Positions 27,937 to 34,570 of a stretch of 34,570 nt of DNA are shown here, piece by piece; the first letter of the stretch is position 1; each line of letters starts with the position of its first letter. This stretch comes from Marinoscillum sp. Its GTDB lineage: Bacteria > Bacteroidota > Bacteroidia > Cytophagales > MED-G16. The translations under genes were made by a program, and so were the position numbers. The notes below the pieces were generated by a model. That model had not been told where the DNA came from. It worked only from the letters and a program-made list of their open reading frames with translations, and made no database searches. The stretch is taken from contig JAYPDR010000004.1 of the NCBI GenBank assembly GCA_038125345.1, positions 1,688 through 36,257 of the forward strand, read 5' to 3'.

Positions 27937-28951
27937 AATTTCTAATTATATAAAGCGTATCATTATCAATAATATTTCCTTTTTTTAATTTAATTTTTGG
28001 TGCAAGAATCCCATTTTTAAATTTAGTTTTTGAAATAAAAACCCTTGCTTCATCCCATAAATTATCTTTTATAAAATGATTTAAAGTTGAGGCGCCTCCC
28101 TCAACAAGGATGCTCGACACCCCTTTTTTATATAGATCGCTTAAAATCATTTTTAAATTAAACGGATTTATTTTTATGTATAATTTATTTTTTATTTTTT
28201 TTTCAATTAGTTTATTAAAGATGAGTGTTGAGTGTGAATCTCTTAAAAGAAAAGCGTCATTTTTTAATTTATTATTTGGATCTACAACTATTCTAGTAGG
28301 GTTTTTTCCATTCCATGACCTAACCGTTAAATTTGGATTATCTAAATTTGCAGTGTTTACACCAATTAGAATTCCTGGCTCTTCAGCTCTCCACTTATGA
28401 ACTAACATCCTTGAGGTTTCATTTGAAATCCACCTGGAATTTCCATCCTGTTTAGCTATAAAACCGTCTTCAGTTTGGGCCCACTTAAGTATTATATATG
28501 GTAATTTTTTTTTCTGATTTTTATAAAACCTCCTGTTTAGTTCTTTCTCTTTTTTTTCTAAACAATTTATTTCAACTTCAATCCCGTTTTCTTTTAATTT
28601 TCTAATACCTTCTCCATTAACTAAAGGGTTAGGATCAAGGCTTGAAATAATCACTTTATATGGAGAATGTTTTATTATTTCATCTACACAAGGTGGTGTT
28701 TTCCCATGATGTGAGCAGGGTTCAAGATTTATATATATTGTGCTCCCCTCAATATCTTTGGAATTCTTCACATTGTTAATTGCGTTGATTTCTGCGTGTT
28801 TATCTCCAAATTTTTTATGATATCCTTCTGCAATTATTTTATTGTTTTTTACTATCACACAACCAACCATCGGATTTGGAGAAACATTTCCAAGTCCTTT
28901 TTTTGCAAGATAAAAAGTTCTTTCTATGTATTTTTTGTGATTATCTTTCAC
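27929..28951 (-). CDS. ribD: Bifunctional riboflavin biosynthesis deaminase/reductase RibD
   Basis: Deaminase zinc motifs HAEINAI and EPCSHHGKTPPC, with a C-terminal reductase domain. Size is 340 aa. Confidence 0.95.
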   Translation of the reverse strand: MKDNHKKYIERTFYLAKKGLGNVSPNPMVGCVIVKNNKIIAEGYHKKFGDKHAEINAINNVKNSKDIEGSTIYINLEPCSHHGKTPPCVDEIIKHSPYKVIISSLDPNPLVNGEGIRKLKENGIEVEINCLEKKEKELNRRFYKNQKKKLPYIILKWAQTEDGFIAKQDGNSRWISNETSRMLVHKWRAEEPGILIGVNTANLDNPNLTVRSWNGKNPTRIVVDPNNKLKNDAFLLRDSHSTLIFNKLIEKKIKNKLYIKINPFNLKMILSDLYKKGVSSILVEGGASTLNHFIKDNLWDEARVFISKTKFKNGILAPKIKLKKGNIIDNDTLYIIRNYA

Positions 28952-28966
28952 TTTGATTCAGTAAAT

Positions 28967-29797
28967 ATGGATTCAAAATTAATATACTCTGAGTTAATAA
29001 ATAAATTAAATGGTTTTTCTGATAGAGAGAAAAAAAACATTGCTTTAAAATATTTATTTCTTAGGTTTAACATTTCTACTACAGATTTATTAATAAATAA
29101 AAAAATTAGTTTTGATGAACATCATAAAGAGATGTTCGAGAATGATTTAATAAAAATTAATAACAAAACACCAGTTCAGTATGTGACTGAATCAGAGTAT
29201 TTTTATGATAGAGTATTTCATGTTAACAAAAACACTTTAATACCTCGGCCAGAAACAGAAGAGTTGGTAAGTATTGTTATTAGATCAGAAAAAAGTAATT
29301 CAATAAAAAATATTTTAGATATTGGCACTGGGTCTGGATGTATTGCCATTTCAATTGCAAACCACCTCCATTCAAACGTTACAGGGATAGACTCTTCAAA
29401 AAGTGCTATATCTGTTGCAAACAAAAACAATGAATTAAGTTTAAATAAAGTGAGCTTTATTCACTCTAAAATTGAAGACTTTATTCCTCAAAAAAAGTTT
29501 GATGTAATAGTCAGTAACCCACCCTATATACCAATCTCAGACATAAATCTTGTAGAAAGTTTAGTTATAAAACATGAGCCTCATTTAGCTCTTTTTGTTG
29601 AGAATGATCCAATTTATTTTTACAGATTGATTTTAGATTTTTCACAAAATCACCTAAACCCAAATGGATCAATATATTTTGAGATAAATCAAAAATACAT
29701 TTATCTTCTGAAAAATTTATTGAAAGGATTTAGCTTTGAGTTGTTAAAAGACTTGTATGGGGTTGATAGATTTATTAAAATAAAAACTCCAGTTTAA
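28967..29797 (+). CDS. prmC: Release-factor glutamine N5-methyltransferase PrmC/HemK
   Basis: Start set at ATG 28967 (MDSKLIYSEL...). The track's upstream 57 codons run antisense through ribD. SAM motif LDIGTGSGCI and catalytic SNPPY. Confidence 0.9.
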   Translation: MDSKLIYSELINKLNGFSDREKKNIALKYLFLRFNISTTDLLINKKISFDEHHKEMFENDLIKINNKTPVQYVTESEYFYDRVFHVNKNTLIPRPETEELVSIVIRSEKSNSIKNILDIGTGSGCIAISIANHLHSNVTGIDSSKSAISVANKNNELSLNKVSFIHSKIEDFIPQKKFDVIVSNPPYIPISDINLVESLVIKHEPHLALFVENDPIYFYRLILDFSQNHLNPNGSIYFEINQKYIYLLKNLLKGFSFELLKDLYGVDRFIKIKTPV

Positions 29798-29808
29798 ATT
29801 TATGACTA

Positions 29809-31170
29809 ATGAATAAAATTATGGTTGGCTGGGAAGAATGGGTTTCACTTCCCGATTTAGGAATTCCGGCATTGTTGGCTAAAACAGATACGGGTGCTCA
29901 GACCTCCTCGTTACATGCTTTTAATATTCAAAAATTTGGAAAAAAAAACCAAGAGAAAGTAAGATTTGGAATACAACCAAAACCGGATGATCCTAATTAT
30001 AAAATTTTTTGTTCTGCAAGGCTTATTGATGAAAGAAAAATAAGATCATCAAATGGAATGGTTGAAGTTAGATATGTGATTAGCACTAAATTAAAAATTG
30101 GAGACGTTACAAAAACCATCGAAATCACATTATCAAACAGAGAGACAATGAATTATAAGATGTTAGTGGGAAGAAGTGCTTTAGAGGGTATGACAGTAAC
30201 ACCAAACAAAAGTTTTTTAAATGGAAAATTATCTTTCTCAATATATAAATCTCTAAAAAAGAAATCACCTCCAAAAAGATCTTTAAGAATAGCTATATTA
30301 ACTAGAGAACCAAATAATTTTTCAACCCAGGCTCTAGTTCGGGCAGCAGAAAAAAGAGATCATACAGTTGAGTTAATCGATACAAAAAGATGCTATTTAG
30401 ACATTAAAAATAAGGTTCCTAGAGTTCATTATGATAACAGAGAACTTCCTTTTTATGATGCTGTTGTCCCAAGAGTTGGTGCTTCAATTACTCATTACGG
30501 AATGGCGGTAGTAAGACACTTTCAGGCAATGGGAACCTATTGTTTAAATTCTGCAGATGCAATAGGCCTTTCTCGAGACAAACTAGCTGCTCATCAAATT
30601 TTATCTTATCAAAGATTGCCAATGCCAAATACTGCCTTTGGAAATTCTCCTAAAGACACATCAAGTATAATTAAGCTTTTTGGAGACTCATCTTTAGTTA
30701 TAAAATTATTAAATAGCACACAAGGTAAAGGAATTGTATTAGCTGAGAGTCAGAAAGCAGCTAGGGCAGTTATTAGCGCATTTAGAAATTTAGAAGCTAA
30801 CTTTTTAGCTCAGGAATATATTAAAGAGTCAAAAGGTCAAGACATTAGGTGTTTAGTTTTAGGCAGAAAGGTTATAGCTTCAATGGTTAGAACCCCCGCC
30901 GCAGGAGACTTTAAGTCTAATTTACATGCAGGAGGTAAGTCAAAGAGCATCAAGATAACCGCTGAAGAAAGAAAATTAGCTGTTAGGGCATCAAGGACAC
31001 TAGGTTTAAGTTTCTCTGGTGTAGACCTTATCAGATCAAATTCAGGGCCAAAAATAATTGAGGTAAATAGCTCTCCAGGTCTTCAAGGAATTCAGTCAAT
31101 TACAAGAGTTGATTTAGCTTCAACAATAATACAATATCTTGAAATGTATTCTGGTTTTGTTAAAACCTAA
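29809..31170 (+). CDS. rimK: Fusion protein: N-terminal retropepsin-like 'ATP-dependent zinc protease' domain (COG4067/PF05618-type) plus RimK-type ATP-grasp alpha-L-glutamate ligase
   Basis: aa 1-140: GWEEWVSLPDLGIPALLAKTDTGAQTSSLHAF...MLVGRSAL (D-T-G motif). aa ~158-453: RIAILTREP, NSTQGKGIVL, DIRCLVLGRKVIASMVR, NLHAGG and GVDLIRSNSGPKIIEVNSSPGLQGI. Confidence 0.85.
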   Translation: MNKIMVGWEEWVSLPDLGIPALLAKTDTGAQTSSLHAFNIQKFGKKNQEKVRFGIQPKPDDPNYKIFCSARLIDERKIRSSNGMVEVRYVISTKLKIGDVTKTIEITLSNRETMNYKMLVGRSALEGMTVTPNKSFLNGKLSFSIYKSLKKKSPPKRSLRIAILTREPNNFSTQALVRAAEKRDHTVELIDTKRCYLDIKNKVPRVHYDNRELPFYDAVVPRVGASITHYGMAVVRHFQAMGTYCLNSADAIGLSRDKLAAHQILSYQRLPMPNTAFGNSPKDTSSIIKLFGDSSLVIKLLNSTQGKGIVLAESQKAARAVISAFRNLEANFLAQEYIKESKGQDIRCLVLGRKVIASMVRTPAAGDFKSNLHAGGKSKSIKITAEERKLAVRASRTLGLSFSGVDLIRSNSGPKIIEVNSSPGLQGIQSITRVDLASTIIQYLEMYSGFVKT

Positions 31171-33565
31171 TCTTTAAAGTGGTCATGTAATTTCTTCCTG
31201 CTTGAGGGTAAAAATAATTTTCTCTAACTTCATTGTTTTTGCCTATAAAATAACCAAATGTATATCCATTACTTGAATACATTTCATTGAATAAATTATT
31301 AACAGATATTACTAATGAAAAGATTTTTAATAACTTGTTTGTAAATGAATAATGAATACTCATGTCATTAACTAGAAAAGAATTAATGATTCTTTCTTGA
31401 TTTGAAGTGTTGTCTAGGTATTGCCTCCCCACAAACTTTGAATTAAAAAACAAGCTGATGTGTTTGTGAGCTTTAAACTCTAACTGATTATTAGCAATAA
31501 TATTTGGAGAAAAAGAAATATTTGTTTTCTTATAACGATTAATTATTTGTTCGTATTTAGAAAAATCTTCACCATAATTATACATAACCTCATTAAAATC
31601 AAAGACAACATTTTTTGAAATTGAAAGATTAGATTCTAAACTAAATAAACCAAATCTCAATTGGTTTATTAATTCTATACCTACCCTTCTGCTTCTTTCT
31701 ACATTCGTTCTAATATAGGCTCCCACATCATTTACTTCGCCTGTAGTTATTAATTGATTTTTATATTTCATAAAAAAGAAGTTGGTATTTAACATCCCAG
31801 TTTTATAAGAATAATTTTTTCCAAACTCAATATCAAATAATTTTTCATGCTCTGGTGTTTCCTTTGAGTCAATAAAGTCGCTTCTTATAGGTTCTCTATT
31901 TGCTATAGCGAATGAGAGGTAATAGTTTAATTTATCATTTACTTCTTTAGTAACGCCTATTTTAGGATTAAAAAACAAATTGCTAGAGTTTATAAAAACA
32001 TCAGACTTATCGTTATCTGTCCCATCGCTGTTGTGATCATATCCTCTTACTTGAACATCAGCAAAGAACTTAATATTTTTTGAAATCTCTTCATTGAGCT
32101 TAATGTACAAATTTGCTTCTCTTTTCTCTCCCCTAGAGAAATAATAAGTCGGATTATAGAGTAATGTGTTTGGTATATTAGTTGATATTATTTTTCCATA
32201 ATGATCCCCAACATATTCATTTATCGCCCCGCCAATATTAATTTCACTTTTTTCTCTTTTTTGAAAGTAAGAAAACGTTATTCCATAAAAATGATTTCTT
32301 AACCATCTCCTTCTTACAATATCTTGTGTTTGATCTACTGCGTTTTCAAAATAATTTATCAAATTATCATTATACCTATATTGCTCATAATAACCCTTTC
32401 CAAAAGTATAATGTGAAGTAAGATGAAGAAAAGATTTATTGTTTAAATCTAAATTCCAGTGTAGTTGGTAATGATCTTGATTATAGTTATCTGTCTCATT
32501 TTCGTAGAGATAATAATTAAAAGTACGTCCAGAACTTAGTAGATTAAGTGATTGTTCTTCATTATAGCCATTATTCCAAATAACTTTTTCCATACCCCCT
32601 TGATCATTATTTATTCTTGCCTCAGGTGTTCCCCACCACGATTGATATGTTTTTTCTTTTCCTGAAAAATTAATAAAATCTACAGTTGATTTTTTGTTAT
32701 AGTAACTAGTTGAAAAATAGTACGATTTTAGTTTAGAATATGCCCTGTCTACGTATCCATCAGAGCTAATATTAGATAACCTTAAGTTAAAGTTAAATTT
32801 TTGATTTATTAGACCTGAGTTAATATTTATTGAGTTGCGAAGTGTACTATAAGATCCTAATGAATTGTACACATCTACATAAAAATTTTCGGAAAGGTGT
32901 CCAGTTTTAATATTTATAGTTCCTCCGAATGCACCTCCTCCATTTGTTGACGATCCAACACCTCTCTGAACTTGTATGCTACTAGAAGATGAAACCAAGT
33001 CAGGCATATTTACCCAAAAGACACCATGTGACTCAGAATCATTGTATGGAACCCCATTAATTGTCACATTAATTCTTGTTGCATCACTTCCCCTAATTCT
33101 AATCCCGGAATAACCTATTCCGTTTCCAGCATCAGACGTATAATAAGATGAGGGTGCGGATTGAATTATTCTAGGAATGTCCTGACTTTCATTTTTAATA
33201 TCAAGATCCCTTTTTGAAAAATTAGTAAAAACAAAAGGGCTTTTTTCAGCAGCTCTTGTAGAAAAGACCTTTACCTCATCTTTTAAAAGTATGCCGCTTT
33301 CTAAAACAAACTCTTTGTAATAAATGTTTTCTATATAAAATGATAAGGAGCTATACCCAACATGACTGATGGTAATTTTAAAGTTTTCTCTATCTGTCTT
33401 AATATAAAAAACACCATTTTTATCTGAAAAGATTACTTCTTTTGAAAGGTCAGTGGTAATATTAGCTCCAGAGATAATATCACCATTTTCATTAATCACT
33501 ACTCCTTTAAAAATATTTTGAGAATAAGCGTTTGTTATAAAAATAAGAAAAAATAAGACCCTCAT
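31160..33565 (-). CDS. TonB-dependent outer-membrane receptor with a CarboxypepD_reg-like N-terminal domain; candidate thiamine or thiamine-precursor receptor
   Basis: Signal peptide; KGVVINENGDIISGANI (CarbopepD_reg-like); plug motifs (IRIRGS, NGVPYND, IQVQRGVGSS); terminal aromatic ...LKIRF. Preceded by a TPP riboswitch. Confidence 0.9.
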   Translation of the reverse strand: MRVLFFLIFITNAYSQNIFKGVVINENGDIISGANITTDLSKEVIFSDKNGVFYIKTDRENFKITISHVGYSSLSFYIENIYYKEFVLESGILLKDEVKVFSTRAAEKSPFVFTNFSKRDLDIKNESQDIPRIIQSAPSSYYTSDAGNGIGYSGIRIRGSDATRINVTINGVPYNDSESHGVFWVNMPDLVSSSSSIQVQRGVGSSTNGGGAFGGTINIKTGHLSENFYVDVYNSLGSYSTLRNSININSGLINQKFNFNLRLSNISSDGYVDRAYSKLKSYYFSTSYYNKKSTVDFINFSGKEKTYQSWWGTPEARINNDQGGMEKVIWNNGYNEEQSLNLLSSGRTFNYYLYENETDNYNQDHYQLHWNLDLNNKSFLHLTSHYTFGKGYYEQYRYNDNLINYFENAVDQTQDIVRRRWLRNHFYGITFSYFQKREKSEINIGGAINEYVGDHYGKIISTNIPNTLLYNPTYYFSRGEKREANLYIKLNEEISKNIKFFADVQVRGYDHNSDGTDNDKSDVFINSSNLFFNPKIGVTKEVNDKLNYYLSFAIANREPIRSDFIDSKETPEHEKLFDIEFGKNYSYKTGMLNTNFFFMKYKNQLITTGEVNDVGAYIRTNVERSRRVGIELINQLRFGLFSLESNLSISKNVVFDFNEVMYNYGEDFSKYEQIINRYKKTNISFSPNIIANNQLEFKAHKHISLFFNSKFVGRQYLDNTSNQERIINSFLVNDMSIHYSFTNKLLKIFSLVISVNNLFNEMYSSNGYTFGYFIGKNNEVRENYFYPQAGRNYMTTLKIRF

Positions 33566-33579
33566 AAAAAAAATAAGGG

Positions 33580-33659
33580 GTATAAACTATTTGTCTACGC
33601 CAGAATTACCTGGATCAGTTTTAAGAGTATAATCTCAGCCTTTATAAGCACCCCTATAC
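33580..33659 (-). promoter_or_regulatory. TPP (thiamine pyrophosphate, THI-box) riboswitch aptamer in the 5' leader of the TonB-dependent receptor
   Basis: The minus strand reads GUAUAGGGGUGCUUAUAAAGGCUGAGAUUAUACUCUUAAAACUGAUCCAGGUAAUUCUGGCGUAGACAAAUAGUUUAUAC. It carries the THI-box hallmarks GGGGUGC, GCUGAGA and CUGAUC-CAGG-UAAU-UCUGG-CGUAG. P1 is GUAUA/UAUAC and P5 is CCAG/CUGG, swapped but still complementary relative to E. coli thiM CUGG/CCAG. Confidence 0.85.
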
Positions 33660-34175
33660 TTTGCTAAAGTATCTATAATTTAAAATAATATCAAGAGATG
33701 AGTTAAGTCTATCTACTACATTTCCTTCTAACACATAAAAGTTTTTTTTCTTTTCTTGTAGTTTTTTTTTAAAATATTTAAATAAATAGGGTCTATTGAA
33801 TGGGTTTTCTCTTAATGGATCTGCTTCCCAGGGAATATCAGGTTTGCACAAAAAATACAAATCATATTCTTCATTGTCGGAGAAGCTTTTTAATTCTTTA
33901 TCAATTTTTTTAAATTTTACTTCACTCCATATTTCTAAATCTAAAAGACAAGTATCCGAGATTATATAATTACCTGCATTTTTAATTTTTTTTTCTAATC
34001 TTTTGTTTTGTTCAATTCCAATTTTTTTTAGATCATTAAAAGTGTAATTTTTTTTTTTTTGTAGGTACTCTCTTGAGTATTCATCATTAAGACTACACTT
34101 TAAGATCCTTGATAGATATAAAGCAATTGTACTTTTACCGCTTGATTCTGGGCCGACAACACTAATTTTTATCAT
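33654..34175 (-). CDS. NadR-type P-loop kinase (ribosylnicotinamide-kinase-like AAA ATPase)
   Basis: VVGPESSGKST Walker A, EYSREYL, ISDTCLLDLEIW and PDIPWEADPLRENP resemble the C-terminal RNK domain of NadR. 14-nt overlap with the pnuC-like gene. Confidence 0.75.
   Translation of the reverse strand: MIKISVVGPESSGKSTIALYLSRILKCSLNDEYSREYLQKKKNYTFNDLKKIGIEQNKRLEKKIKNAGNYIISDTCLLDLEIWSEVKFKKIDKELKSFSDNEEYDLYFLCKPDIPWEADPLRENPFNRPYLFKYFKKKLQEKKKNFYVLEGNVVDRLNSSLDIILNYRYFSKV
33664..33694 (-). promoter_or_regulatory. Candidate Bacteroidota-type promoter for the riboswitch-receptor transcript, embedded in the 3' end of the upstream kinase gene
   Basis: The minus strand reads TTG, then 20 nt, then TACTTTAG (one mismatch to TAnnTTTG). 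The motif ends 4 nt before the riboswitch P1 strand, so the predicted TSS falls at the aptamer 5' end. Motif match only. Confidence 0.3.
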
Positions 34176-34570
34176 CTCTTATTTCTTTTTTCCATTCAAT
34201 AAACCCATAAACAGCAAGAATTAAAAAAATTAGATATTGAATGCTCGTGATATATAATTCCTTATAAGCAAAAAGAGGGATATATATTATATCTGCTGCT
34301 ATCCAATAAATCCAGTTTTCTAATTTTCTTCTTGCTAAAAGGAACATTGCTGTTAAACTTAATGCTGTTGTTATAGAGTCTAGAAAAACTACGTCGCTAT
34401 CTGTGGATTTTAGGGAGAAATAAAGAATGATAAAAAAAACTAGTAATAAAAATAGACTTAACCACTTTTCTGATTTACTAGAATTAGAGATTGTTTTTTT
34501 TCTTAGGTTATCTTTAGATGACCAAACTGTCCACCCATATACACTCATAATAAAATAATAGATATTTATT
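34162..34570 (-). CDS. pnuC: PnuC-family vitamin transporter (NR/thiamine/riboflavin Pnu family); the N-terminus lies outside the window
   Basis: The frame stays open upstream of the track's ATG to the window edge (...INIYYFIMSVYGWTVW). C-terminal ENWIYWIAADIIYIPLFAYKELYITSIQYLIFLILAVYGFIEWKK is typical of Pnu transporters. Confidence 0.8.
   Translation of the reverse strand, partial: INIYYFIMSVYGWTVWSSKDNLRKKTISNSSKSEKWLSLFLLLVFFIILYFSLKSTDSDVVFLDSITTALSLTAMFLLARRKLENWIYWIAADIIYIPLFAYKELYITSIQYLIFLILAVYGFIEWKKEIRDDKN

Noticed and set aside
28952-28966. An FMN (RFN) riboswitch upstream of ribD.
   Set aside because: Only 15 nt separate ribD from the divergent prmC, and the upstream sequence is prmC coding DNA. 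There is no room for a ~130-nt aptamer.
335-29430. The remaining short ORFs in the track: 335-595, 2143-2370, 5080-5262, 5559-5888, 6469-6657, 7741-7950, 11893-12171, 14680-14871, 15430-15615, 18826-19077, 22969-23265, 24507-24737, 25078-25380, 26320-26502, 26926-27120, 28110-28400 and 29218-29430.
   Set aside because: Each is nested within, and mostly antisense to, a confidently identified gene. None has a recognisable motif.
1-34570. A search for mobile elements, prophage or defence genes, CRISPR repeats, tRNA/rRNA/tmRNA, and signs of an alternative genetic code.
   Set aside because: I found no transposase, integrase or recombinase motifs, no regularly spaced repeats, and no non-coding gap large enough for a structured RNA other than the TPP riboswitch. 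TGA, TAA and TAG all terminate well-supported genes, so the standard code 11 fits.

Overview
This is an AT-rich (about 30% GC by eye), extremely gene-dense chromosomal segment. It reads like core genome of a streamlined, probably marine, Flavobacteriia-type Bacteroidota bacterium. Supporting that placement are a GldB-like lipoprotein, a Bacteroidota-type ECF sigma factor, a TonB-dependent receptor with a CarboxypepD_reg-like N-terminus, and a cysteine-free EndoIII. I call 31 protein-coding genes, two of them truncated by the window edges. Only about 470 nt (about 1.4%) lies outside my CDS calls. All six convergent gene junctions overlap at their 3' ends, and one divergent pair shares the tetranucleotide CATG as both start codons. 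I found no rRNA, tRNA, CRISPR array, transposase, integrase, phage gene or recognisable defence gene.

One element is invisible to the ORF track. The largest intergenic gap (33566-33653, minus strand) holds a clear TPP (THI-box) riboswitch in front of a TonB-dependent receptor. It sits immediately downstream of a PnuC-family transporter and a NadR-like P-loop kinase.

Other leads:
- a retropepsin-like (PF05618-type) domain fused to RimK
- a 1497-aa secreted or anchored protein with no family I can recognise
- a translationally coupled MBL-hydrolase/cupin/PLP-decarboxylase cassette
- an ECF sigma factor coupled to a small partner that is not a ZAS protein and has no TM segment
- a UvrA that has lost all four zinc-module-1 ligands

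Most of the window is housekeeping. I do not see convincing evidence for a wholly new multi-gene system. All family assignments come from motif recognition by eye and need profile searches.
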